Shown: positions 17,048-25,721 of the stretch, piece after piece
Layout of the letters: every line of letters starts with the position of its first letter
Position numbering within the stretch: position 1 is the stretch's first letter
Virus record (IMG/VR): IMGVR_UViG_3300030419_008158
Coordinates: 1 to 64,000 of that record
Reading direction: 5' to 3' (one strand)
Length of the DNA stretch: 64,000 bases
Position numbers and translations under genes: made by a program
The notes under the pieces: model-generated
The model's input: only the letters and a program-made list of their open reading frames with translations
What the model was told of the DNA's origin: nothing
Database searches by the model: none

Positions 17048-17942
17048 TAGGGCCCTCCGCAACTAAATTAGGAATTATGCTGGCATCGTCTGGTGTCACA
17101 TGCGCATCGTTCTGGAATACATCATCTACGTGAACGGTACTTGGAAGCGAAAATCCTGCTGCTTTTTTGTGTCCTCCTCCTCCAAATTTTTTAGCAATTT
17201 CACTTACATCTACGTCATCATGAAAACTTCTCAAGCTCACTCGATATTCGTGTCTATCATGATCATAATACCAGACTACAGCGTAGTCACAATCGGGTGA
17301 TAGTTTTGCTCCAATTTCACTCATCCAATGTGAGCTATTGACAACATAGACTTTCTTTCTATTGCATGTACGTAAAGTAGCTCTATCAGCTATTTTTTTT
17401 ATAACTGTTTTTGAATAGGCAAGTATGTAAGAACCTCTTTTGCATGCTTCTTGAAAAACACTGTCATCCTCGTATTCTGTAAATGCTTCAAATTCAAAGG
17501 GGACCATTGCAAAAGCTGCAGAAAATTCTTTGCTGTATTCTAATTCCCATTTCCAAAGATCACGATCTTCGATGTAGTCTATGAACTTAGGCGGTTTTTT
17601 GTTTGGATGGAAAAAGTCCCATGATAATCGTGCTCCCGATTTACTCATATCAAAAATTGTGTCTGTTATGTCATGAAGTTCTACAAGCGCAGATTTATGA
17701 TGATCTATCACAATAAGACTTTTTGATTTTTCAATCATTGCTTTTGTAGTAGAGTTGTCATAAGAAAAGTCTAAGATTGCAACATTTTTTCCTGTCACAT
17801 CGGGTGGGGGATCACCGTGTGTTGCTGCGTGATATTCAGCTTTATTTCCTAAAAGCTTCCATGCAGCCCACGCTGCACCAAAGCCATCGCTACAATTGGC
17901 GTGATATATTACAAAATCTATCTTGGCGGGATCATGACTCAT
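17028..17942 (-). CDS. DHH/DHHA1 phosphoesterase (NrnB-like)
   Basis: YHANCSDG, LDFS, IDHH, DRDLW, SLRS, GGGGHKKAAGF. Confidence 0.9.
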   Translation of the reverse strand: MSHDPAKIDFVIYHANCSDGFGAAWAAWKLLGNKAEYHAATHGDPPPDVTGKNVAILDFSYDNSTTKAMIEKSKSLIVIDHHKSALVELHDITDTIFDMSKSGARLSWDFFHPNKKPPKFIDYIEDRDLWKWELEYSKEFSAAFAMVPFEFEAFTEYEDDSVFQEACKRGSYILAYSKTVIKKIADRATLRTCNRKKVYVVNSSHWMSEIGAKLSPDCDYAVVWYYDHDRHEYRVSLRSFHDDVDVSEIAKKFGGGGHKKAAGFSLPSTVHVDDVFQNDAHVTPDDASIIPNLVAEGPSDKKEK

Positions 17943-17952
17943 ATTTCTCCGT

Positions 17953-18504
17953 TTATCTCAAAAACCCTGTGTGATCATGACATCTTGGTTCATACTTCTC
18001 AGAGCCTCCGACATCAATTTGACTCAATCCTTCCACTTTTGGAACAGTGTAGAAAGCATCTTTGCCGCATATGGGACAAACAGCAGGGCATACTTCTATT
18101 CTGGTAGCCCATGGAAACATTTTTTGAACTTCTGCAAACGTTTCTCCCCTAGCAGATAACTGAATTGTGGAAACAAAAACTGTCTTGCCTTTTGAGAACA
18201 AATCTATTAGCACATCAGACACACCGTCTATCATAAAAGCTTCATCAACTGCAATAATATCACAATCACGTGATGTGTCTAGTATATCGCTCCCAGAAGA
18301 GACACACTTTGCATCCCACTTATATCCTGCATGTGTGACAATGGAGTCAACTAAATATCTATGGTCCATTTTGGGCTTGTAAGCTGCTATCTTTTTAGAC
18401 TGGTATTTTGCTCTGTCGAGTGCTGCTAACATTCTACTGGTTTTTCCGCCAAACATCGGGCCCGTAAACAAGACAAACTCAGGATCAGTCTTGACGCTAC
18501 TCAT
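17953..18504 (-). CDS. tdk: Thymidine kinase
   Basis: GPMFGGKT, AVDEAF, CPICG, YEPRC. Confidence 0.92.
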   Translation of the reverse strand: MSSVKTDPEFVLFTGPMFGGKTSRMLAALDRAKYQSKKIAAYKPKMDHRYLVDSIVTHAGYKWDAKCVSSGSDILDTSRDCDIIAVDEAFMIDGVSDVLIDLFSKGKTVFVSTIQLSARGETFAEVQKMFPWATRIEVCPAVCPICGKDAFYTVPKVEGLSQIDVGGSEKYEPRCHDHTGFLR

Positions 18505-19513
18505 TCGTAAGTTCCCACCATGCAAGAGTTTTGTTCATACCTGACTCGAAGGATTCCTGAGGTGACCATCCCGTGTCAAATCCAATTTTCTGAACTGATG
18601 CGAGTGTGTGCTTTACATCCCCAGGACGCTCTGGGGCATTTTTAACTCCAAACCCTCCTACTTTTTCATCGAGCATTTTTAGAATTTCATTGTTTGAGAC
18701 TGCGCTTTCTGTGCCGACGTTATAATAGCGAAAACCTGAAAGGTTTTTGTGAGAAGCACATGTATACATCGCACTGGCAACATCTGTCACGTAGACCATA
18801 TCTCTAGTTTGCTCGCCATCACCATCTGACCGGAGCATCTCTTTGCTTTTAAGTTTGTCACACCATGCAGCAACAGCAGTTGCATACGGATTATCTCCAG
18901 TGCAACCCGGACCATATACATTAAAAAATCTTAGTGCAACACTATCAACATCATAGAGGTCACTAAACTGCTTCATGAAAAGCTCGCACACAAATTTTTG
19001 AAGCCCGTATGGACTGTTAGGGTTGCATTCAGTATCTTCGTGTGTAGCTGACACTTTTTTACCACCGGAAACATCTCCGTATACAGAAGACGACGATGCA
19101 AATACGAAACGATCAATATTTGCTTTGCGACAAGCGCTTAAAAGCTCAACAGTTTTCATCAAGTTCACTTCAGTTGAAATTGCTGGAAATTCAACACTAA
19201 AGCCCACCCTAGGGTTTGCTGCTAGATGAAAGACATGCGTATATCCGCCACTTACAAAGTGGCTCAAAACTTCAGAATCAACAAAGTCACCGGTAATAAC
19301 AACGGCATCTTTTTTAGATGTTGCCTCGTTCTTGTCAAGCGCTGCCACCAAGCTAGGAATTACTACACGCACCTCCAAACCCTTGTCTGTCAAATTAGAA
19401 ATATCCCCAGAGGATAAATCATCCACAACAGTTACGCTGGCACCCTCATCCACCAATTTTTTTACTAAGTGTGCACCAATAAATCCACACCCGCCTGTCA
19501 CTAACGCCTTCAT
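18497..19513 (-). CDS. NAD-dependent nucleotide-sugar epimerase/dehydratase (extended SDR)
   Basis: TGGCGFIG, HLAA, SSSSVYG, YGLQK, RFFNVYGP, GDGEQTRD. Confidence 0.93.
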   Translation of the reverse strand: MKALVTGGCGFIGAHLVKKLVDEGASVTVVDDLSSGDISNLTDKGLEVRVVIPSLVAALDKNEATSKKDAVVITGDFVDSEVLSHFVSGGYTHVFHLAANPRVGFSVEFPAISTEVNLMKTVELLSACRKANIDRFVFASSSSVYGDVSGGKKVSATHEDTECNPNSPYGLQKFVCELFMKQFSDLYDVDSVALRFFNVYGPGCTGDNPYATAVAAWCDKLKSKEMLRSDGDGEQTRDMVYVTDVASAMYTCASHKNLSGFRYYNVGTESAVSNNEILKMLDEKVGGFGVKNAPERPGDVKHTLASVQKIGFDTGWSPQESFESGMNKTLAWWELTNE

Positions 19514-20442
19514 TTTACCTCCTCATTGTCGTTCCATGATGGCAAATCATATCTAATGTGTGCACAATTTAGACGAACACTAATGTCTATTGCACTCACA
19601 GGTAATTTATAAACCTTCGCAACTTGCAAAGATAAATGACATAAAAATCTCAAATCAACAGAAGCATTTCTATGTACATCTGTGCTACGGAAGACCCCTA
19701 ACACCTTAAGCAACCCATTCCTTATGAGAAAATGTACAGAAGATATACAGGAGTCACTAGAATAGTAAAATCTACGACTGTCTAAGCCTTGCGGTTTGTT
19801 ATAAGGATTGTCGCCTGAAAATTCTTTTGCAAATATGTCTGTTGTTTTCTGCAAAATTTCGCGATAGTAATCCTTTTCACCCGGATGTTCCATTACTCTA
19901 GAAAAATCATTTTCAATTGACGGACTAAACTCTACGTTGATTGTTGCTTCTCCGTCACAAGCTTCAACTGCGTCAATTGTTGCTTTTCCAATAGAGTCGA
20001 TTCCGCCCTTGTCAAATGAGCACAGCCACTCTATGCATGTGTCTGCTAACTCATCTTGCGAAAGTACATCTTCTATCACTAAAACATTTGGAAAAGCTGC
20101 TATCTTTTTTGTTTCATCTTTGAAAATACTGTGCAATCTACAAAGGCTTTTTTTATCTTGAAATTCATCGCCCCGGACGTTCAGCCGCCTTATAAGCTCA
20201 TCTTTTGGCGGAATTACAATAATGACCCTATTGTTCAGATTTAAAAGTTCTCTTTTGAGACCCTGCCTATGACTTTTTGTATCTCTTCCAAACTGTCTTG
20301 CATAACAGATCATTGATAAAAAAGATCGATCTTGAATATTCCATAAAAAATTAGTCTTTTTATGAATTTTTTGATACAACGTTGTCTTGCCTGAAAGGTC
20401 AGGGCCTTCTATTGTCACTATTTGCGTTGGAAACTTTGTCAT
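19510..20442 (-). CDS. dNMP (thymidylate-kinase-like) kinase fused to truncated thymidylate-synthase-fold domain
   Basis: EGPDLSGKTT and QDRS; then SRR...SCISSVHF...FRSTDVHRNASVD...AHI; TAATG coupling to dnaE. Confidence 0.8.
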   Translation of the reverse strand: MTKFPTQIVTIEGPDLSGKTTLYQKIHKKTNFLWNIQDRSFLSMICYARQFGRDTKSHRQGLKRELLNLNNRVIIVIPPKDELIRRLNVRGDEFQDKKSLCRLHSIFKDETKKIAAFPNVLVIEDVLSQDELADTCIEWLCSFDKGGIDSIGKATIDAVEACDGEATINVEFSPSIENDFSRVMEHPGEKDYYREILQKTTDIFAKEFSGDNPYNKPQGLDSRRFYYSSDSCISSVHFLIRNGLLKVLGVFRSTDVHRNASVDLRFLCHLSLQVAKVYKLPVSAIDISVRLNCAHIRYDLPSWNDNEEVK

Positions 20443-23400
20443 TATGCAACTCTTCTTAGTTTGTATGCAGAAGTTGACATTCCCCAATTCGGATCATTAG
20501 AGACATGAGCCATCCAGAGCGTGTATTTGTCAATGTCAGAGTCAAGCTTGCCCCATACTCTCAACCATCCTGTCTTATGATTATTGTCTGTGACTCTGAG
20601 CCTATAAAAATCTTTTCCATTTTTTGTTTTCTTCTTGATCACATCAACAATAACAAACCAGCCGATACCCTTGCCTCCGGCGGGAACATCATGGACTGAG
20701 AGGACATTTTTATCTTTGAGGCGGTTCATCAAGCTTGTCGGAAACAAAAGGTCTCCATCAACTGTGGACGTCAAGTCATAAGAAAGTTCGACTTTTTCAA
20801 CACGACTCCAATCTTCCACATCAAAAAAATCAGATAAAATCTGGTCCAAAAATACTTTTGGTTCTTCGCCTGCCTTTTCGAGCTTTTTTATTTGTGTTTT
20901 AGTTAGGCCGTAAATACCTTTTCTGAGCTTTTCGTAATTTTTTTCATGAGTTAGTGCTTCTAGAAGCTGTCGATGACTCGAAACAGATCCGTTCGTAAAC
21001 TCTTCGAGAGACTGTAAAGCCTCAATTTTGCACAGTGATGAAAGACATGTCTTGTTCATTTTACTATGCTTCCACACGCCATTTTCATCATAAAACATGT
21101 CAACTAAAGACTTATACGGACGCATTTCCAAAATTTCTTTCATCGCGGTAGATCCAATACCTTTGACAGCTGAAAGTGGAGGTACAAATGCATTGATGTC
21201 TTTGGAAAATTCCCATTCTTCTCCCGAATAATTTACATCGATCTGTGCGAAATCAAATCCGTATGACTTTATCTCAGAAATTGCTTTTGACAAATTTGTA
21301 GGGCTATTATTTTCGGATTGAAGGATTGTAGCTAGCCACTCGTGCTCGTAATGGGTGTGCAGCCATGCTGCGTAATACGAATCAATGGCATAAGACACTG
21401 CGTGTGATTTATTGAAACCATACACAGAGAAAGCCTCGATAGTCTTCCAGAGAGCTTCTGTGATACTTCTATCAATGCCATGGAGACTGTAGGCACCTTC
21501 AACAAACTTTTTACGTGCAGCCTCTCGCTCCCCACCTTTTTTGCCCATTGTATCTAGTGACTTCTTAACCAGTGTCTTTCGAAGCTTATCAGACTCACCG
21601 GGCGAGAATCCAGCTAGTTCCACTGCCAGTGTCATAAACTGCTCTTGAAAAACAACAAAGTTAAATGTCGGCCCTAGCACTTTTTCGATCACAGGATGAT
21701 CATACTTGATCTCTGATGCATTCTTTTTAGCTTTTACATATTTCCTATGGACATTGGCTTTTAAGGGTCCTGGGCGGTAAATAGCTGTCAATGCAGCTAA
21801 CTCTGTAATGGTTGTCGGTTTGGCGGCTAGACAGAAACGTCTTGCACCTGTTGCTGTAAACTGAAACACGCCTGTAAATCTACCATCGTGATACACGTGC
21901 TTCCACACCTCAGGATCATCCTGCTGATTATACCGACAATTGAGATGCTCATCAAAGAACTTCTTGATATCAGCAAATGTCGGATTAGGATTTCCTTGCT
22001 TCTTGAGAATGCGACCGATGCAATTTTCAACATCTTTAAGCAGCGTCAATCCAAGAAAGTCAAACTTTAAAAATCCATTGTCTTCAAGATTTCTAAAGTT
22101 CATTCCTTCTGTCCAGGGGGTCTGGAGTTCGCCCCGAACACCGATGATGGGCATTGTAGATGCCAGCTCGTCTGGAGGCGCAATAATTACGCCGCCGGCG
22201 TGTCGACCAATGGATCGATTTTCCATAAATAGTGTTTCAACATGTTTTCCTACCTCTGGATACTTTTCCATAAAGTCGCGGTAGCCCTTAGAGTACTTCA
22301 GACAGTCCTCGTGCTTTAAGACGAAAACAGACTTTTCCTGATTTTCGTCTTTCGCATGTTTCATAACTTCATCTTGTAAAGGTCCTGTCATCTTATTGAC
22401 TTCTGCAAAGTCAATTCCATAAAATTTTGAAATATCTTTAATTAGTGACTTTAGCTTGAGTGTGTTAAAGTTAGATACAGGAATAACTGCGTCGTCGCCA
22501 AATAGTTCACGAGATGCATCAATCAAAGCATCACGATCGCCAGCATCAGTGTCGATATCAGGCCAAGATGTTCTGTGCCTCCCAAGAAATCGAGACCAGA
22601 GCAAACCGTGGGGCAAAGGATCAATTTGTGTAATCCCTAACAAGTAATTGACAAGTGATCCAGCACCTGATCCCCGACCCGGGCCGAAGAGAGTTCGCTT
22701 TTCAGCAAGATGGAAAATCTTGTACATTGCCAAAAAGTACGCTTCGTACCCGAGATACTTGATGTCAGACATCTCCTCCTTCATGCGTGCAACATATTCA
22801 GGTTTCGAAGCAAGACCCTCTCGAATCATAGCTTCTTTGACGAGATCAGCTAGCATTTTAAAAGCAGGCTTTTCAGGTGATCCAAACTTGGGCAGCTTTA
22901 CTGACGTGTCTATCCAAGTGTCTTCGCATTTTTGCCACGTGATGTCGTGAGTACGCTCAATTGCGTCTCGAACATTCTCTTCATGCCCCTTGTAGAAGTC
23001 GTATTCGTCATATCCCGCCTTGAACTCGTCCCACATCTGGTGAGCATTTTTAGGGTACAGCTTGCACTTCAAGTCTTCTTCCTTGGGAAGCATACTTTGA
23101 TCTAGCTTTGCGCCCATCCACCCAAGCTTTTTATAAAGTTCACGAGCCTGCCATTTTTGCGGATCAGGAAAATGAGAATCCGCAGTTGCAATGAGAGGGA
23201 TTCCTGTTTTTTGAGACAGATCCAGCAAGCATCTGTTTGTCAAATGCTGCGCTGGAAGATCGTTAAACTGCATTTCCAAGAAAAAATTGTCTTGTCCAAC
23301 ACAATCAACAAATCTATCTGTCATATTTTCAAGACGATTCATGATAGGATTGTAATCATCTAGATTGTTCATTAGGTCTGGATGAAGCTCATCAAATCTT

Positions 23401-24068
23401 AGACCTCCAAACTGTCGATAGATGAGGCCAGACGCGAGGCCGCCTACACACGCTGTAGAAACAATCAACCCTTCGCCGTGTTCCTTGAGCATTTTGTAGT
23501 CAATCCTAGGAAAACGATAAAAACCGTGCTTGTATGACTTTTTAACTAGTGTGAAAAGATTACCTAGACCTACTTGGTTTTTTGCAACCACGACAAGATG
23601 ATAATATCGCTTCCACTCAGGCTTATTCCCTCTGGAACGCTTTGTTTCCTCTTCGTCCTCAATAACATGGCCGCCTTGCTCGACCTCTTGGTCAGCAATA
23701 ATAACAGTGTTTTCTGTTGCAAGCTTTTCTTTTTGCTTTGAGGATTTGGCATCTTTGACAGCTTGTCGGTGCATGTCATAAGATTCTCGCCAATCTTCTA
23801 GTGACGGGACAAAGTAAAACTCGACGCCATAGATCTGTCGATACTTTCGGCCGGCCTTTTGCATTTTTACTGTGTGTGATCGGGCGTGAGCCAGGCCTGA
23901 GCCGTTACCGTGGTCTGTAAGTGCCCATGAGTCCATTCCTTGAGCTTCTGATAGAACAAAATCGATATGTTCTTTAGGATAACCCAATCCATCAAATGTG
24001 CTAAATGATGAGTGTGCGTGAAGGCCTGTAAAACGATTAGGTCTTCGAAACTTGCTAAATTGTGACAA
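20442..24068 (-). CDS. dnaE: DNA polymerase III alpha subunit (family C)
   Basis: PHP HAHSSFSTFDG/TDHG/DSH; GRGSGAGS; PDIDTD; GRHAGG; KFDFLGL; GFNKSHA; TTG start with AGGAG. Confidence 0.97.
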   Translation of the reverse strand: MSQFSKFRRPNRFTGLHAHSSFSTFDGLGYPKEHIDFVLSEAQGMDSWALTDHGNGSGLAHARSHTVKMQKAGRKYRQIYGVEFYFVPSLEDWRESYDMHRQAVKDAKSSKQKEKLATENTVIIADQEVEQGGHVIEDEEETKRSRGNKPEWKRYYHLVVVAKNQVGLGNLFTLVKKSYKHGFYRFPRIDYKMLKEHGEGLIVSTACVGGLASGLIYRQFGGLRFDELHPDLMNNLDDYNPIMNRLENMTDRFVDCVGQDNFFLEMQFNDLPAQHLTNRCLLDLSQKTGIPLIATADSHFPDPQKWQARELYKKLGWMGAKLDQSMLPKEEDLKCKLYPKNAHQMWDEFKAGYDEYDFYKGHEENVRDAIERTHDITWQKCEDTWIDTSVKLPKFGSPEKPAFKMLADLVKEAMIREGLASKPEYVARMKEEMSDIKYLGYEAYFLAMYKIFHLAEKRTLFGPGRGSGAGSLVNYLLGITQIDPLPHGLLWSRFLGRHRTSWPDIDTDAGDRDALIDASRELFGDDAVIPVSNFNTLKLKSLIKDISKFYGIDFAEVNKMTGPLQDEVMKHAKDENQEKSVFVLKHEDCLKYSKGYRDFMEKYPEVGKHVETLFMENRSIGRHAGGVIIAPPDELASTMPIIGVRGELQTPWTEGMNFRNLEDNGFLKFDFLGLTLLKDVENCIGRILKKQGNPNPTFADIKKFFDEHLNCRYNQQDDPEVWKHVYHDGRFTGVFQFTATGARRFCLAAKPTTITELAALTAIYRPGPLKANVHRKYVKAKKNASEIKYDHPVIEKVLGPTFNFVVFQEQFMTLAVELAGFSPGESDKLRKTLVKKSLDTMGKKGGEREAARKKFVEGAYSLHGIDRSITEALWKTIEAFSVYGFNKSHAVSYAIDSYYAAWLHTHYEHEWLATILQSENNSPTNLSKAISEIKSYGFDFAQIDVNYSGEEWEFSKDINAFVPPLSAVKGIGSTAMKEILEMRPYKSLVDMFYDENGVWKHSKMNKTCLSSLCKIEALQSLEEFTNGSVSSHRQLLEALTHEKNYEKLRKGIYGLTKTQIKKLEKAGEEPKVFLDQILSDFFDVEDWSRVEKVELSYDLTSTVDGDLLFPTSLMNRLKDKNVLSVHDVPAGGKGIGWFVIVDVIKKKTKNGKDFYRLRVTDNNHKTGWLRVWGKLDSDIDKYTLWMAHVSNDPNWGMSTSAYKLRRVA

Positions 24069-24081
24069 TGTTCTCTCCTAC

Positions 24082-24115
24082 AAAAATGCCCGCTTTTATT
24101 ATATCAAAGCGGGCA
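24082..24115 (-). terminator. Intrinsic terminator hairpin overlapping the dnaE promoter
   Basis: TGCCCGCTTT-GATATAATA-AAAGCGGGCA-TTTTT. Confidence 0.7.
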
Positions 24116-24126
24116 CAATCTTTACA
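24098..24126 (-). promoter_or_regulatory. Sigma-70-type promoter for dnaE
   Basis: TGTAAA-17 nt-TATAAT with extended TG. Confidence 0.65.
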
Positions 24127-24143
24127 CGTATTGAGTGACAGAA

Positions 24144-25106
24144 CTAATAAAATTCAGTCAAGTCGATATTGTTTTCTTTTGCCTGCTCAAGATATTTGAG
24201 TGGATTATAAGAACTGCATCCTTCGCGAATCGACTTCCATGCATCTTGAATTCCTTCGCTCAAGGTAAAATTTGGTTTCCAGCCATACTCCGTTCGAAAC
24301 TTTTCACTTGAAAGCCTGTGATTCCCTAGATAGTCTGTGTTAGGATACCAGTTGACACATCCAGCAAGATCAAATTCTGCCACGTCAGACATCAATTCTA
24401 TGATCGCACCTGTCTCCAGAGGAGTTTCGGCTGAAATATTAAAATCATCATTCCAGACGCTTCCGTGACACGCTACAGCAACTGCATCGCAAAAATCTTC
24501 GACATGCATATAATCTTTGTACTTCGCAGGATCCAAAAACATGTCAATTTTTTCATGTTTGTTTTTGAGATATGAATAAAAAGTCTTAGCGATCAAAGAG
24601 TTCATATCACCCACACCTCCGTAAGCAAATAGTGGGCGCACTATCAACCACTTGTCACAGTGTGTGGTTACGATATTTTCTGCTGCTAGCTTTTGTATCC
24701 CGTATAGTGTTCTTGGGTACTTTGTTGATTCTTCTGTGATCCAATCGTCCTGGTAATTTGGTGTATCATATATTACAGTAGTCCCAATATAACAAACAGG
24801 AATTTTGAGTCTTTTTGCTGCACGACAAATTGTATGTGTCCCTGTCACATTTGAAAGAGTCGATTCACCTGGATTTAATGCAACGACATCAGTCCCAACA
24901 ACAGCAGCATTGTGTATAATAAGGTCAACGCCATGTTTACGCAAGGCGTTGACCCACTCCTCAACTGTATTATTGTAGACGCATACTTCTGTGCCTCGCA
25001 TATTCATATCGTTGTTCAGCGTAACAGCTTCGCTGCCGAGCTTTAACAAAGACTTGGGCAAATTTTGTGCAATAAAGCCTTCTTCGCCTGTGATGAAAAT
25101 ACGCAT
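24144..25106 (-). CDS. NAD-dependent nucleotide-sugar epimerase/reductase (extended SDR)
   Basis: TGEEGFIA, HNAAVVG, YGIQK, KDYMHVED. Confidence 0.88.
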   Translation of the reverse strand: MRIFITGEEGFIAQNLPKSLLKLGSEAVTLNNDMNMRGTEVCVYNNTVEEWVNALRKHGVDLIIHNAAVVGTDVVALNPGESTLSNVTGTHTICRAAKRLKIPVCYIGTTVIYDTPNYQDDWITEESTKYPRTLYGIQKLAAENIVTTHCDKWLIVRPLFAYGGVGDMNSLIAKTFYSYLKNKHEKIDMFLDPAKYKDYMHVEDFCDAVAVACHGSVWNDDFNISAETPLETGAIIELMSDVAEFDLAGCVNWYPNTDYLGNHRLSSEKFRTEYGWKPNFTLSEGIQDAWKSIREGCSSYNPLKYLEQAKENNIDLTEFY

Positions 25107-25108
25107 TT

Positions 25109-25612
25109 TTACTCGATCGCGTCAGAATAGGGCTCAACAAGAAGCTGCTTTGCTTCGAAGCATCTGTTCAAATAGTCTTCGAGCTCCTCAATGCTGGTAC
25201 AAACCTTTACACCGCTTCTTGCAAGCATCAAGTTGAACTTAGCCCCCTCAGGCAACCCACCACAGTAATACACAATTGGCTTTTGATGTGCAAAGGCGAA
25301 GCCGGCTTCCCAAATAGTTCCAATATCCTTGTCTCTTGTATTGACAATAAGAAAGTTAGCTGCAGTAATTTCTCTGAGATTTCCTAAAAAGGTTTCATCT
25401 TGTGTTTCTTTGGGTGCATCAGGTGGACAGACAAAAATTCTTCTTGGACTTGCAAGATCGATCCAGTCTCTGTCATCACAAACTTTTTCTAGCTGGTCTA
25501 GTTCTTCAGCTTGTGTTGGATTGAACCATCCGGCTGCCAAATATACTTTTTGGGCAACAACTGGATTCTCTGTATTCTCTGTATTCTCTGTATTCTCTGT
25601 ATTCTCAGACAT
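25109..25612 (-). CDS. Nucleoside 2-deoxyribosyltransferase family protein
   Basis: VYLAAGWF, DIGTIWEAGFA, KPI, NLML; GGAGG before ATG 25612. Confidence 0.88.
   Translation of the reverse strand: MSENTENTENTENTENPVVAQKVYLAAGWFNPTQAEELDQLEKVCDDRDWIDLASPRRIFVCPPDAPKETQDETFLGNLREITAANFLIVNTRDKDIGTIWEAGFAFAHQKPIVYYCGGLPEGAKFNLMLARSGVKVCTSIEELEDYLNRCFEAKQLLVEPYSDAIE
25565..25606. repeat. 9-bp coding tandem repeat (ENT), about 4.7 copies
   Basis: attctctgt x4 + attctc. Confidence 0.9.
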
Positions 25613-25721
25613 TTCGCTTTCCTCCAAAATCTGTTATTTCGTTTTGCTTGTTGTTAGTAGTCATTTTTTCTCCTAAAGCTTATCCTTATAGCCTGGACTT
25701 GCTTGAATTTCATAATTTTCT

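Noticed and set aside
18352-18359. Additional GATATTTA copy
   Set aside because: Inside the thymidine kinase coding sequence with no nearby start; probably chance
23610-23790. Intein or intron in dnaE (also considered for RNR, helicase, RecA)
   Set aside because: Insert is short and charged, lacking C/S...HN splice motifs; the other genes are uninterrupted
25565-25606. CRISPR array
   Set aside because: Spacerless 9-bp coding repeat; no repeat-spacer array or cas gene seen in the window
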